Source: Octopus sinensis (lineage: Eukaryota). From it: DNA of 64,000 nucleotides. This document shows positions 37,300-50,874 of this stretch, piece after piece. Below the pieces are notes generated by a model that was not told the DNA's origin, searched no databases, and saw only the letters and a program-made list of their open reading frames with translations. Both the position numbers and the translations under genes were made by a program. The DNA lies in assembly GCF_006345805.1 (NCBI RefSeq), contig NC_043001.1, forward strand, positions 82,832,001 to 82,896,000, read 5' to 3'. Numbering within the stretch: position 1 is the first letter of the stretch; every line of letters starts with the position of its first letter.

Positions 37300-39100
37300 T
37301 AAATATTTATTTCTTTATTGCCCACAGGAGACTAAACATAGAGGGGACAAACAGGAACAGACAAAGGGATTAAGTCGATTTCATCAACCCCAGAGCGTAA
37401 ATTTAATCGGCCCCGAAAGGATGAAAGGAAAAGTTGACCTCGACGGAATTTGAACTCAGAACGTACGGCTGACGAAATACCAGTGAGCACTTCACCCGGC
37501 GTGCTAACGTTTCTTATTTCTTTATTGCCCACAAGGGGCTAAACATAGAGAGGACAAATAAGGGTAGACAAAGGTATTAGGTCGATTACATCGACCCCAG
37601 TACGTAACTTGTACATAATTTATCGACCCCGAAAGGATGAAAGGCAAAGTTGACCTCGGCGGAATTTGAACTCAGAACGTAACGGCAGACGAAATACCTA
37701 TTTCTTTACTACCCACAAGGGGCTAAACACAGAGAGGACAAACAAGGACAGACAAACGGATTAAGTCGAACGTAACGACAGACGAAATACCGCGAAGCAT
37801 TTCGCCCGGCGTGCTAACGTTTCTGCTAGCTCGCCACACAGCTACGCCTATACTACATTTCTTTTAAAATAATCTTGAAAATAAAGTAGAATGTATTAAA
37901 ACGATTTTATCATTATCGTATTCCTCACGGCGTGGAGAGTGAATAAACACGCTGGTGTTTAGGAAGTAAATCAATATAAAATTTTTATGGTAAATTTTAA
38001 TTTAGATCTGGTTAAAACAGGAATTTGCTATCGTAGAACCAGGGGCGATCTCAGACAAGTTAATGTCATATAGTTTATTAACGCATAATAATGTTAAATT
38101 GTGAAGGCGCGTGGCTCAGTGGTTAGAGCGTCGAGCTTACGATCGTGAGGTTGTGAGTTCGAATCCCGGACCGGACTGCGTGTTGTGATCTTGAGCAAGA
38201 CACTTTATTTCACGTTGCTTCAGTTCACTCAGCTGTAGAAATGAGTTGCGACATCACTGTTGTCAAGCTGTATCGGCCTTTGCCTTTCCTTTGGATAACA
38301 CTGGTGGCGTGGAGAGGGGAGGCCGGTATGCATGGGCGACTTCTGGTCTTCCATAAACAACCTTGCTCGGACTTGTGCCTCGGAGAGTAACTTTCTAGGT
38401 GCTATCCCACGGTCAGTCATAACCGAAGGGGGTCTCAGCATCAGCAACTCAATACTGTTAAATTAATGTTAAATCTAAATTCCTTTCAGGATACGTTAAA
38501 ATTTCCCTTGCCTCATTGCGACCGCATCACTGATAAAGTTCCTTTCCAACTGCTTGAAACTTTGAAAGGATGAAAGGCAAAGTCCACCTCGGCGGAATTT
38601 GAACCCAGAACGTAGCGGCAGACGAAATACCTATTTCTTTACTAGCCCAGAAGGGGCTAAACACAGAGAGGACAAACAAGGACAGACAAACGGATTAAGT
38701 CGATTATATCGACCCCAGTGCGTAACTGGTACTTAATCTATCGACCCCGAAAGGAAGAAAGGCACAGTCTACCTCGGCGGAATTTGAACTCAGAACATAA
38801 CGGCAGATGAAATACGGCTACGCATTTCGCCCGGCGTGCTAACGTTTCTGCCAGCTCGCCGCCTTCGACAAAGGAAATATTTATATCTTTATTGCCTTAT
38901 AGGAGACTAAACATAGAGGGGGCAAACAAGGACAGACAAAGGGATTAAGTCGATTACATTGACACCAGTGCGTAACTGGTACTAAATTTATCGACACCGA
39001 AAGGATGAAAGACAAAGTCGACCTCGGCGGAATTTGAACTCAGAACGCAGCAGCGGACGAAATACCACAAAGCATTTTACCCGGCGTGCTAACGTTTATG
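37300..39100 (-). mobile_element. Tandem array of family B SINE units (interrupted at ~37.85-38.54 kb)
   Basis: Repeated tatttctttact(a)cccacaaggggctaaac...gacctcggcggaatttgaactcagaacg...gacgaaatac units. Confidence 0.9.
38100..38435 (+). mobile_element. tRNA-derived SINE, family D (CORE-like centre, distinct tail)
   Basis: gtgaaggcgcgtggctcagtggttagagcgtcg...gttcgaatccc tRNA-like head; gtgttgtgatcttgagcaagacactttatttcacg core; tail ends gaagggggtctc. Confidence 0.85.
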
Positions 39101-39258
39101 TTTAAATTATTTTTAAATAGTGTTTAGATGATTTATGTTTAACTATGTTTAAATAATGTAGACATACATGGTGGTGCTCCAGCATGACCGCAGCCGCATG
39201 GGTGAAACGAGTAAAAGAGTAAATACATATCCGTAAATAATACATACATACACATCTA

Positions 39259-39339
<81 letters not shown>

Positions 39340-39568
39340 ATACACGTAAAGAAATGACACGCAAGAAGGATTACCGAAATTAGATTTCGGATTAGACATG
39401 AAATACTTTTCATCAGCCATGGCGACCAGAACCAGCGTAGTTTCGGTGCTCTAAAGACCGGAAGCCTGGTCCCATAGAATTACTGTTCTGGATGCGCCAC
39501 TTATAGTAAAGCATCACCGAGGTGGGGAATATTAGGCGACAAATATAAATTTCCAAGTTGATAAGAAG

Positions 39569-39599
<31 letters not shown>

Positions 39600-39638
39600 G
39601 ATATATATATATATATATATATAATATATATATATATA

Positions 39639-39669
<31 letters not shown>

Positions 39670-39884
39670 GTTATAGATAGATAGGTAGATGCGTGGATAA
39701 ATAGATAGCTTGATTGGTAGACAGACAGATACACACACATACACTCACAGACATATATGTACACATATATAACATATGTACCTACCAACATACATACATA
39801 TGTATACACACCCACAGACACAACACACGCACATACACATATACACAAACATAGACACGAAATGCAACTGTTGTGTAAAAATCG

Positions 39885-40235
39885 GGCGTGGCTGTGTGGT
39901 AAGAAGCTTGTTCTCAACCACATGGTTCCGGGTTTAGCCCCACTGCGTGGCACTTCTAGCAAGTGTCTTCTACTATAGCCTCGGGTCGACCAAAGCCCTG
40001 TGAGGGGTTTTGGTAGACGGAAACTGAAAGAAGCTTCTCGTATATATGTATATATTTGTATGTGTCTGCATTTCCCTTCCCCACCACCGCTTGACAACTG
40101 TTGTTGGTGTGTTTAAGTTCCCCGTAACTTAGCGGTTCGGTAAAGTGATCGAAAGAATAAGTACTAGGCTTACAAGGAATAAGTCATGGTGTCGATTTGG
40201 GGTCAACTAAAACCCTTCAAGGTGGTGCTCCAGCA
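39885..40235 (+). mobile_element. SINE family A
   Basis: ggcgtggctgtgtggtaagaagcttg...ggtggtgctccagcatgg. Confidence 0.88.
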
Positions 40236-40450
40236 TGGAGTAACACCTTTATTGTAGGTATTGGGAAGTGTAATATTCAATTACTTGTTCTATCCCACAC
40301 AGGAAAAAAGCTCACCGTCTCAATGTGATAATATATATACATATGGATGTGTATATGAAGAGCGTTGTAGTTCGTTGGAGGCGTTGTAGTTCAAAAGTAG
40401 AAATATGAATGAAAACAGAAGTAAAGAAAGCTTTTAACAATACAGAAAGT

Positions 40451-40535
40451 TATATTTCGGGTGCAAAGACCTATCTTCAGAAGAATACAGTCAAAGAAAT
40501 GCATATTTGACTGTATACTTTGCGCCCGAAATATA
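40451..40535. other. Hairpin containing a degenerate hammerhead-like motif
   Basis: tatatttcgggtgcaaag / ctttgcgcccgaaatata and atacagtcaaa / tttgactgtat inverted pairs; minus strand reads CTGAAGA-t-agg tctttgca ccc-GAAA-tata, same family as 19925-19968. Confidence 0.5.
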
Positions 40536-40579
40536 AAGGATTTTAAAAACATCTTGCATTGTTAGAAACTTTCCTTATT

Positions 40580-40620
<41 letters not shown>

Positions 40621-41179
40621 TAAAGTTATATATATTCTTAAATATATAGATCCTACCATCCATAGCTGAATCTCCTATATGCATTAAATAATCCGAAAGT
40701 AACTATGGATTACGAAGTATTATTTACAGAAGATACAAGAAAGAACTGTATAAGAGGGCGAGAAAAAAAAAACTAAGAAAATCACATGATCATAATGACA
40801 CACCCGTCCCTCCACAGTCTCTCTCTGTATATATACATACAAATATATATATGTATATACATACATATATATGTGTATATATATACACACATATATATAT
40901 ATATATATGTATATACATACATATATATACATGTATATACATACATATATATATACATATACATACATGCATACACATACATATATAAACATGCATACAT
41001 ATATATATATACATACATATATATATACATATATATCTATACATATATATGTATATATATACATACATATACATACACACATATATACATGTATATATAT
41101 ACATATACATAATATATACATACAAGAATAGATATATACATATATATGTACACACAAACATACATATATATACATATGT

Positions 41180-41210
<31 letters not shown>

Positions 41211-41899
41211 CATGTACATATACACATACATATATATATATATACATATACATACATATATATGTACATGTATATATATATACATATATATATATATATA
41301 CATACACATACATTTATATATATATATATACATACATATACATATATATACATACATACACATACATACATATATATATACATATATATATACATACATA
41401 TATATATACATATATAGACATACATATATGTATGTTTGTGGGTGTGCGTGCCTGTGAGTATACGCATGTTTGCGTATCTGTGCGCGCGCGCGTCTGAATA
41501 TTTATGGAAAGAAAAAAAGATTTGATCTCACAAACATAAGTATATATCCTTAATATGAATATAGTCTTCTTTATCTCTTTTCTATATTTAACATTATTTT
41601 TTTGTGTGCGTATGAAAATCAACACCGGTGTATGTATGCATGCATTTATGTATGTATGTATGTATGTATGTATGTATGTATGTATGTATGTATGTATGTA
41701 TGTATTATGTATGTATGTATGTATGTATGTATGTATGTATCAGCGAGAAAGAGGAGTAATATCTCGCAAAATAAGTAATAATGCGATTTTCTTAGTGTTG
41801 TCTAAACTGGCAGTATTTGTGTTATTTGCGTATAATGGAGGGTATATAACGGATAAAGATAGATCATATAGCAAACATCGTTGCATTGTGCTTATATAA

Positions 41900-42880
41900 A
41901 TACGATGGTGTTCTCGTTGTTCTGAAGACGTGTTCTTGTGTTCTATCTATTGTTCCTTTTCTCTCTTGGGGCACCTCGCCTTCCTATGACCTTTCTCTCC
42001 ACACAGGTAGCATATGGAAGGCCTACCTTCCACAACCACCCTCAGCCTCACATCCTCAGGCAGAACTATTTCTTCTGCAATCCTGTTTAGATCTTCCACA
42101 CTTGCTTGTATGGCCATCTCTATGCCATACCTGATCAATTCAACCTTTTGGTTCGCGTCACTTTAAGTATTTCGGTTTTTCTTCCATGTTAAACATTATG
42201 GCTGCCATCAGCCATGTTTCCTTCATTTCTGGGGGTACTTTGCCAAATTTCACCCTGGCAACACGTTTGCCACAGTACGTTGGCCAAAGTACCCATTCTT
42301 CCGTTCTTGTAGCTTCAGTGGAATGCTTTATCGCTTCATCTTCCGTCGTGAATCGCATCCCCACTGTGCCATACTTTCCACTTTTTGTGATAAAAGTGGT
42401 AAACTTTTTAATCCCTTTCAATCATTCATCAATAGCTTCAATCGTTGCTATTTCAATGTTCCTGCTTAACAACTCCAGTGTTTTAAATATCACTGTTTCT
42501 TGATTAAACTGTTTGTGAGTTCCTCTGGCGGCGTTAATTTTAACGTGTTCTCTCCTGTTTCAACAACTTCTCACATTCTTTCAGCTTCCTCGGCTCAACC
42601 TTCATCTTACGAACCTCTAAAGCTTCAATGTCCACTCTTCTACCAGTTGCTGCCGCCTAACTGTGACTTCCCGCTGGCACTTTTTCCGCCTTCCCTACAA
42701 ATGGGATGAAAACAAACACAATTCAACAATACAGTAACAGCAATTTCAGCAATCAACAATTATAGGTACACCCACGAGAGGAGACCTTCAACAAATAATT
42801 AACAAGGTGACTCACGTCAAACAAGGATCAAAACCGATGAAACAGTACAGAAAACAGCGACACACGACAAAAATTAACGC
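41900..42880 (-). mobile_element. Tx1/L1-like LINE 5' UTR and ORF1 (gag-like CCHC zinc knuckle), no ORF2
   Basis: VVVEGRPSICYLCGEKGHRKARCP (C-x2-C-x4-H-x4-C) preceded by PTYCGKRVARVKFGKVPPE; stops and frameshifts present. Confidence 0.7.
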
Positions 42881-43139
42881 CTAATCTCTCTGTCTCTCAC
42901 TCAGATCGCTACTATTTACAGTCTTTTGGTCAAGTCTATCCTCGCAGAAGGGTGTCGTGACTCTCGCCACAACATCTGCTCTTTTGAGATTTCGAATTGC
43001 GTAGGAAACGAAATTTGTTTTATTATGTTGTGGTTGTATGTTGGGATGTGGGACACACCAAAATGAGGACGGGTTGTTATTAATTAACAAGCTTCTCCGT
43101 TAATCGGATCAACAGGAAGATCAGGCAAAGACGGCTGCG

Positions 43140-43345
43140 ACTATCTTGTCACTGTATGCACCGCCCTGAACTGGAACCCACTTTATGGTGAAGTCAGAAG
43201 AGGAAAACGTCGTCACACTTACATCGACAAGTTGATTGCAGATACTGGCCTGGAATGCATCCAGGAGATCGAGGAACGAGAACTGAGGCAAGTAGACTTT
43301 GTTGCTGCGGCCCGGGTCGGAACCTGGCCATAATGATAATGGTAC
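43140..43345 (+). mobile_element. RTE-clade LINE 3' end
   Basis: LNWNPLYGEVRRGKRRHTYIDKLIADTGLE...RVGTWP* then taatgataatg; resembles the RTE C-terminal RGRP..TYID.L..DTG motif. Confidence 0.7.
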
Positions 43346-43369
43346 TCCCTTCAATGTAACCGACGGATT

Positions 43370-43600
43370 GCCAGTTCTCGTTGTTATCGTTGTCAAGCGG
43401 TGTTGAAGGATAAACACAGACGCAAACAAACACACACACACACGCACATACGACAAGCTCCTTTCAGTTTCCGCCTACTGATTCCACTCACAAGACTTTG
43501 GTTGGCTCGAAGCTATTGTAGAAAATACTTGCCCAAGGTCCAACGCTATGGGATTGAACCCGGAACCATGTGGCAAGCTTCTTGCCACTCAGACACCATT
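43370..43600 (-). mobile_element. SINE family A, 5' two-thirds
   Basis: ttgtcaagcggtgttg...cctttcagtttccgcctac...gaacccggaaccatgtgg. Confidence 0.8.
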
Positions 43601-44029
43601 CCGCCTGTCAAAACAGAAAAAAATAACCTTCCCGCGTGTGCTTATTATTCGTAAACTATTTGTCAATTTGGTTAATTTTGCTAATATATTTATTGGAAAA
43701 TTATTGGAATTGTTATTTGTTTTGTAAGTATATTAGTGTCTGCATCAATAATATATTTGATTACATTTTTGCGTAAAAGTCACGGCTTCTGATTAGTTCA
43801 GAGCCGTGTTGCGATGACATGGTTTTTTAAAAACTAGCTTAAATCAAGAAGCCGTTGAATCACATTCTTTTTTAAAATTTTTATATTTAATAATTGAATC
43901 AAATTAAAGGAAAAGCATACTCAAGGTAGACCCATTCAACCTCACCAGCCTTGCCATTTTCATCTACATTTCGATAAACATACAAGACTACTCGTCCGTA
44001 TCTAATAATAATTATAATAATGAGATCAT

Positions 44030-44172
44030 CATATCGCTCACATATGGTTGTGATTCATGTGCCTAGTGCACTGTTATCAGACGGGCACATATGATGGGTA
44101 TATTGGGCTTCATATATTTGTAATCCAGTGTCACTTTCAAAGCATGCATTGCTCTCTCACTCAATAATAATA

Positions 44173-44235
<63 letters not shown>

Positions 44236-44603
44236 CAACAACAATAATGTCTTGGTATAAAAGATGGGCTACAGCAAATATTCTGCTCAATATCACAAAT
44301 TTGCTTGTCAGTCGTTTGATCTTAACCAGTTGAGCATGTCCCTTGGTGGCTGCAATATGTAGATCTCTGATCACGAGCAAAAGTAGTGAGAAATTCTTTG
44401 GGGTTTGGATAATTCACCTCTGGTAACATGGGTGTTTCGTTCAATATCCTTAAAAACCCTTATTCAGCGACATTTTGAGTGGGATGGACTACACGACCAG
44501 AAGAAAATTCTAACTGGGCCCCACCTGCAAGGTCATGTGCTGTTTATCTTGATATGAGAACACCATGTCACACACATATGGTTGTGATGCATATTCCTGG
44601 TGT
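44030..44603. mobile_element. (TAA)n-associated element pieces (44030-44165 terminal piece, 44236-44603 internal piece)
   Basis: Reverse complement of 14200-14690; separated by (taa)n. Confidence 0.85.
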
Positions 44604-44816
44604 TCTGGCAGTACAAGACCAAGCTTCGGCCACAAATTGGAGGGTCAACCTTAAGAATGAGCAAGTGTCTCTACTGTGCTGAATCTGTAATAGAATGGAC
44701 AAAACCATTGACCATATCGTTAACGAATGGACTAGACTTGCCCCAAATCATTATAAGCTGTGGCAAACGATGAGGTAGCGAAAATGTTACATTGGAAACT
44801 ATGCAAAAAGTGGGGT

Positions 44817-44858
<42 letters not shown>

Positions 44859-45330
44859 CAAGATGTGGTTTGAGCACAAACCAAAACGAGTGGCTGAGTC
44901 GTGGACCTGCAAAATCTCGTGGGATTTCCCAGTTCGAAGAGATCAGGTGCTTGTGCACAGGCCAGACCTAGTAAAGGTGGACAAGGTGAAACAAACGTCC
45001 TCTACAATTGATGATGATTGGCCTTCTGACACACGAATAGTCAAGAAGGAAGGTGAAACCAGAGAAGTATACAATCTTCTTAAATACAAGATATCCCAAA
45101 TATGGAAAATGAAGGCGAAGACAGTGCCAATTATTGGTGGGTCCGTAGGGACAATATAAGAAGGATCAAGAGGAATATAAAACAAATCGGAGTAGAGACC
45201 CCAGTTACGAAAGGTTTGACTCCTTGGCACAGCAATCAAGAAAGTATTAGATAGTTAACCGTAGGCTGTAGACAGTCAGCCCGAAACGCATCCATGACTC
45301 AGGGAGTTCCAACAAAACCCGAGTCAAGGT
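44604..45330 (+). mobile_element. R4/Dong-clade LINE 3' fragment (CCHC knuckle plus restriction-like endonuclease)
   Basis: LAVQDQA..TN, C*ICNRMDKTIDHIVNE, VAKMLHWKLCKKWG, WDFPV...HRPDLV.VDK...PSD..I..KE.E...Y..LK..I...W, TVPIIGG..GT, LLGTAIKKVLDS*; followed by (gat)n/(taa)n. Confidence 0.88.
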
Positions 45331-45338
45331 GATGATGG

Positions 45339-45390
<52 letters not shown>

Positions 45391-45448
45391 AATGATGATG
45401 ATGATGATAATAGTAATAATAATAATAATGATAATGATGATGATGTTA

Positions 45449-45486
<38 letters not shown>

Positions 45487-45511
45487 ATGATGATGATGAT
45501 GATGATGATGA

Positions 45512-45545
<34 letters not shown>

Positions 45546-45626
45546 GATGATGATGATAATGATGATGATGATGATAATAGTAATAATATAATAATAATAA
45601 TAATAATGATAATGATGATGATGTTA

Positions 45627-45661
<35 letters not shown>

Positions 45662-45665
45662 AATA

Positions 45666-45736
<71 letters not shown>

Positions 45737-45755
45737 AATAATAATAATAATAATA

Positions 45756-45815
<60 letters not shown>

Positions 45816-45820
45816 TAATT
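45330..45820. repeat. Compound (GAT)n/(AAT)n microsatellite
   Basis: About 490 bp of alternating gat/aat triplets. Confidence 0.95.
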
Positions 45821-46092
45821 ACCATGGCATCATTTTGTTGTAATTTTATTTATGAGGTAGGTTATATCTTACTTCTGAACTACACAAAAAGAATAATTGA
45901 ATAATTTCGATATTCTGAATCCCAATGAGACTCTGTTTATATGCTTTATCGTAACTCACTAATGTCTTGAGCTAATAGAAATATCAACTATGTGTGACTA
46001 TCTTTGTACGTATGCGCATATATATATATATATATACACGCACACACATATATATACATATAATATATATACATTCATATACATACATATAC

Positions 46093-46125
<33 letters not shown>

Positions 46126-46186
46126 CTATACACATACATGTATATATATGCACACATACGCATATATATGTATGTGTGTACATCTA

Positions 46187-46261
<75 letters not shown>

Positions 46262-46284
46262 ACATCTATATATCTATCTATCTA

Positions 46285-46377
<93 letters not shown>

Positions 46378-46521
46378 CATCCATCTATCTATTTATCTAT
46401 CTATCTATCTACCTATCTATCTATCCATCTATCTATTTACCTATCTATCTATCTATTTATTTATGTATTGATCAAAACAGTTTCAATGCTTTTCTTTCGT
46501 TAGTATACTCTCTCGTACACC

Positions 46522-46568
<47 letters not shown>

Positions 46569-46689
46569 ACACAATCATTGTGTATGTACATGTCTACATA
46601 TATATGTATGTGCATGTTAGTATATATGTGTTTGAATGTATATATGTATATGCATATATATATATGTGTTTGTGTATGTACATACAAAC

Positions 46690-46727
<38 letters not shown>

Positions 46728-46803
46728 TATATATAAATATAGCCATGTGCTCCCATGCAGACACGCTCACACTCACACACATGAAAACATGCATACACAC
46801 ACA

Positions 46804-46848
<45 letters not shown>

Positions 46849-47872
46849 ATGTGCACATCACTTGCGTACATGCTCATACACGCGAGAGAGATTTCTTTTC
46901 ATTACATACAGAAAATATCTCATGCTCCCAAGTACGTTGATCTGGCAAGCAATAAAATTATAGGGTAAAAACTGCCCTGCTTTTTTCTCTTACCAAAATT
47001 CAAAAAAAAAGCGTTGTAAATGGGTGGCATCAATTGTGATTTCAAATTTTAGCACAATGCCTGCTATTCCGGGGTTGGGGTGGGTAAGTCGACTACATCG
47101 ATCCCAGCACTCCACTAGTGCTGATTTTATCGACCCCGAAAGAAAGAAAGACAAAGTCGACCTCGGCGGAATTTGAACTCAACGTTACGATGGACGAAAT
47201 ACCGCTAAACATTTTGCCCAGCGTGCTAACGTTTCTGCCAGCTCGCCACCTTGACCGATAATAATAGTAATAATCTTTTTACTAAAGGTACAAGGCCTGT
47301 TATTCCGGGGGAGGTGTTAAGTAAAATACATCGACCCCAGTATTCAACTGGTACTTAATTTATCGATTTCAAATGGATGAAAAGCAAAGTCGACCTCTGC
47401 TAGAACGTAGCGACGGGCAAAATATTGCTAAGCATTTCGTCCAGCGTGCTAACGATTCTTTTTTCTTTATTGCCCATAAGGAGCTAAACATAGAGGGGAC
47501 AAACAAGGACAGACAAACGAATTAATTCAATTACATCGACCCCAGTGCGTAACTGGTACTTAATTTATGGACTCCGAAAGGATAAAAGGCAAAGTCGACC
47601 TCGACGAAATTTGAACTCAGAACGTAGCGGCAGACGAAATACCTATTTCTATTTCTTTACTACCCACAAGGGGTTAAACACAGAGAGGACAAACGGATTA
47701 AGACGATTATATCGACCCCAGTGCGTAACTGGTACTTAATTTATCGACCCGAAAGGATGAAAGGCAAAGTCTACTTCGGCGGAATTTGAACTCAGAACGT
47801 AGCGGCAGACGAAATACTGCTAAGCATTTCGCCAGGCGTGCTAACATTTCTGCCAGCATGCCACCGCGACAG

Positions 47873-47934
<62 letters not shown>

Positions 47935-47994
47935 TAATAATAATAATAATAATGTTGTTGATGATGATGATGACAATAATGATAATAATAATAA

Positions 47995-48275
47995 TCCATT
48001 GTTTTATTAGCCACAAGGGCTTACATAAAACAATATTAAATGACATGACGCAACATAAAAACAACACAAAACGAGGCAAAAGCTTTTCAGCATGTTAACA
48101 ATAAAGAAAACAATTAGTTGATCATCATCGACGCCCAGAGTTTCCTCGAGAACGCCGTCGCAATTTCCCTCTACTAGCCCTCTATAGAACGCCAGAGTGA
48201 AACTACCACCTACCGTTTTGCTCGCTTGGTGGAGGGCTGTGAGCGCTTGACGTCTAACCAAGGTGAGGAAGAACA
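47995..48275 (-). mobile_element. Tx1/L1-clade LINE 3' end
   Basis: Reverse complement ends ttttatgtaagcccttgtggctaataaaac, the same terminal motif as 15.87 and 24.63 kb; inside (taa/aac)n. Confidence 0.6.
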
Positions 48276-48494
48276 ACAACAATAGTAATAATAATCAGAA
48301 CGTTACAACAGACGAAATACCTATTTCTTTACTATCCACAAGGGGCTAAACACAGAGAGGACAAACAAGGACAGACAAACGGATAAAATCGATTACATCG
48401 ACCCCAGTGCGTAACTGGTACTTATTTAATCGACCTCGAAAGGATGAAAGACAAAGTCGACCTCGGTGGAATTTGAACTCAGAACGTAGCGGCA

Positions 48495-48896
48495 GACGAA
48501 ATACCGCTAAGCATTTCGCCCGGTGTGCTAACGTTTCTACCAGATCGCCGCCGTTACAACAGACGAAATACTGCTAAGCATTTCGCCCGGTGTGCTAACG
48601 TTTCTACCAGCTCGCCACCGTTACAACAGACGAAATACCGCTAAGTATTTCGCCCGGTGTGCTAACGTTTCTACCAGCTCGCCACCGTTACAACAGACGA
48701 AATATCGCTAAGCATTTCGCCCGGTGTGCTAACGTTTCTACCAGCTCGCCGCCGTTACAACAGACGAAATACCGCTAAGCATTTCGCCCGGTGTGCTAAC
48801 GTTTCTACCAACTTGCCGCCGTTACAACAGACGAAATACCGCTAAGCATTTTGCCCGGTGTGCTAACGTTTCTACCAGCTCGCCGCCGTTACAACA
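48495..48896 (-). repeat. Six tandem 67-bp copies of the family B SINE head
   Basis: gacgaaataccgctaagcatttcgcccggtgtgctaacgtttctaccagctcgccgccgttacaaca starts at 48495, 48562, 48629, 48696, 48763, 48830; further copies at 49076-49250. Confidence 0.95.
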
Positions 48897-50874
48897 GACG
48901 AAATACCTATTTCTTATTACCCACAAGGGGCTAAATACAGAGGGGACAAACAGGACAGACATAGGTATTAAGTCGATTATATCGACCCCAGTGCGTAACT
49001 GGTACTTAATTTATCGACCCCCGAAGGATGAAGGCAAAGTCGCCTCGGCGGAATTTGAACTCACAACGTAACGCAGACGAAATACCGTACAGCATTTCAC
49101 CCGGTGTGCTAACTTTCTTACAAACAACTCGCCGCCGTTACAACAGACGAAATACCGCTAAGCATTTCGCCCGGTGTGCTAACGTTTCTACCAGCTCGCC
49201 GCCGTTACAACAGACGAAATACCGCTAAGTATTTCGCACCGCGTGCTAACGTGAACTTGGGAGCTTAGTGAGATACCTATCCCAAACTAGTGAAACCTTG
49301 CTAGTTTCAGTTAGAAATGCATGAGTACTGAAAGCAGAGAGAAAAAAAAGGAAAAACAAAGGAAGACTCACAGAAAGGACATGAAGAAGCATTACACAAT
49401 AAGGGAGTTCACAATCATTTTCATGTAGTCACAACCGAAGCTGCTGGAAAACACAAATTTACAATGTTAAAGAAATAAAAATAACCGCTCATCACGGTTT
49501 TACAATAGCAACAGCGTTCTTGTAAAGTTTATCAAATTGTTCAATGTAATTTCTCTGGAAAAAAAATTACAAATTTTTTTTATAAACAAAATTTCCAGGA
49601 ATATAAAAGTTCACGAGGAATATTTTCACATAAACTGAGAAAGTCTTTTGGGAAAATGTACAATTCTACCACTTCTAGTTTTCTTTTCACTGGTAGGTGA
49701 TTTAAAAATTGACTTGTGGGTCTTTCCCCCAACCTTAAGTTCGCTGTCTTGTGAATTGTTCTGTTTCAAGTTATTTTGAAATGTGTTGCTCAAATTTTTT
49801 TCTCATGGCATTAAGACTGACCGAAATAAGCTTTTTTAACTCTGTCTAAACTAACAATTTCCTTTTTACCATGCATATCCAAAGTCATAGATTTATCTTT
49901 AATTAACAAAACTTTAAAAGGTCCAGTGTATTTATAATTCAGTGAATAATGACTGGCATCATTATGTACAAATATACGAGTCCAAGAATTAATATCAGAA
50001 GGAATGAAACTTTTAATATTTTGTAATTTACTTGTAATAGAAGGAACATCAGAAAGAAATCTCTTGAGTCGGGTTACATAATTGTTAATATCTTCATTAA
50101 AAGAATTGGTTTCTTCAAACATTTGACCAGGTAGAGTTAATGCTGTTCCGTACAAAAGTTCAGAATATTTTAAACTTTTTTTAACAGCTCTTCTGATTCC
50201 TAACAATGTCACTAGTAAAGCTTCTAACCAACTGCTAGAATCAGAATAAGTTCTTAATGAAGATTTCAATTGCCTATGAAATATTTCTATCATGCCGTTA
50301 GATTGTGGATGATACGAAGTTGTACGAATTCTATGAATTTCCAATAATTTGTTGAATTCTGCGAAAAGTGTAGACTCAAACTGTCTTCTACGATCTGTCG
50401 TCAATGTGTGTTGGGTATGCCGAATCTATACATCCAATTGGTAAATAAAGTTCTCGCTATAGTTACTGCAGATATGTTTTTGATTGGATAAGCTTCTGGC
50501 CATCGCGAAAAACGATCTATGCATGGTAACAAATAAATATTACCTTCCACTGGAGGTAATGGTCCAACTATGTCAATATGAATGTGTTGGAATCTGGTAT
50601 CGAAAGTTGCAAAAGTACCTAATGTTACTTTAATGTGGCGATTTACTTTCGCTTTTTTGGCACGGCATACAGGATTGAACCCAAGAACGAATACCCTTAT
50701 TCATACCAGGTCAAACAAAACGACTCGATATTAATTTTAGAAACTTTTCTGTGTCTTTCAGGCACAAATGGTGTAGGAAAACCAGTAGAAATATCACACC
50801 AAATATGTGATTTACAAGAATGAATAGGCAATAATTTAAATTTCAAAGAAGTAGAACTGGAATCTTTATATCTC

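Larger units (their letters stand above)
47060..49250 (-). mobile_element. Cluster of family B SINE multimers
   Basis: Repeated family B units at 47060-47870 and 48290-49250, adjacent to (taa)n. Confidence 0.9.

Noticed and set aside
38100-38175. Possible tRNA genes (also 24979 and 57703)
   Set aside because: The tRNA-like A/B boxes continue into SINE bodies and tails; I cannot fold a full cloverleaf with acceptor stem.
39370-39420. Hammerhead-like CTGATGA...GAAA on the minus strand
   Set aside because: Stems I and II do not pair; only a local ccgaaat/atttcgg hairpin is present.
48495-48896. CRISPR-like regular repeats
   Set aside because: Units are contiguous with no unique spacers, derive from the SINE head, and the context is eukaryotic with no cas genes.
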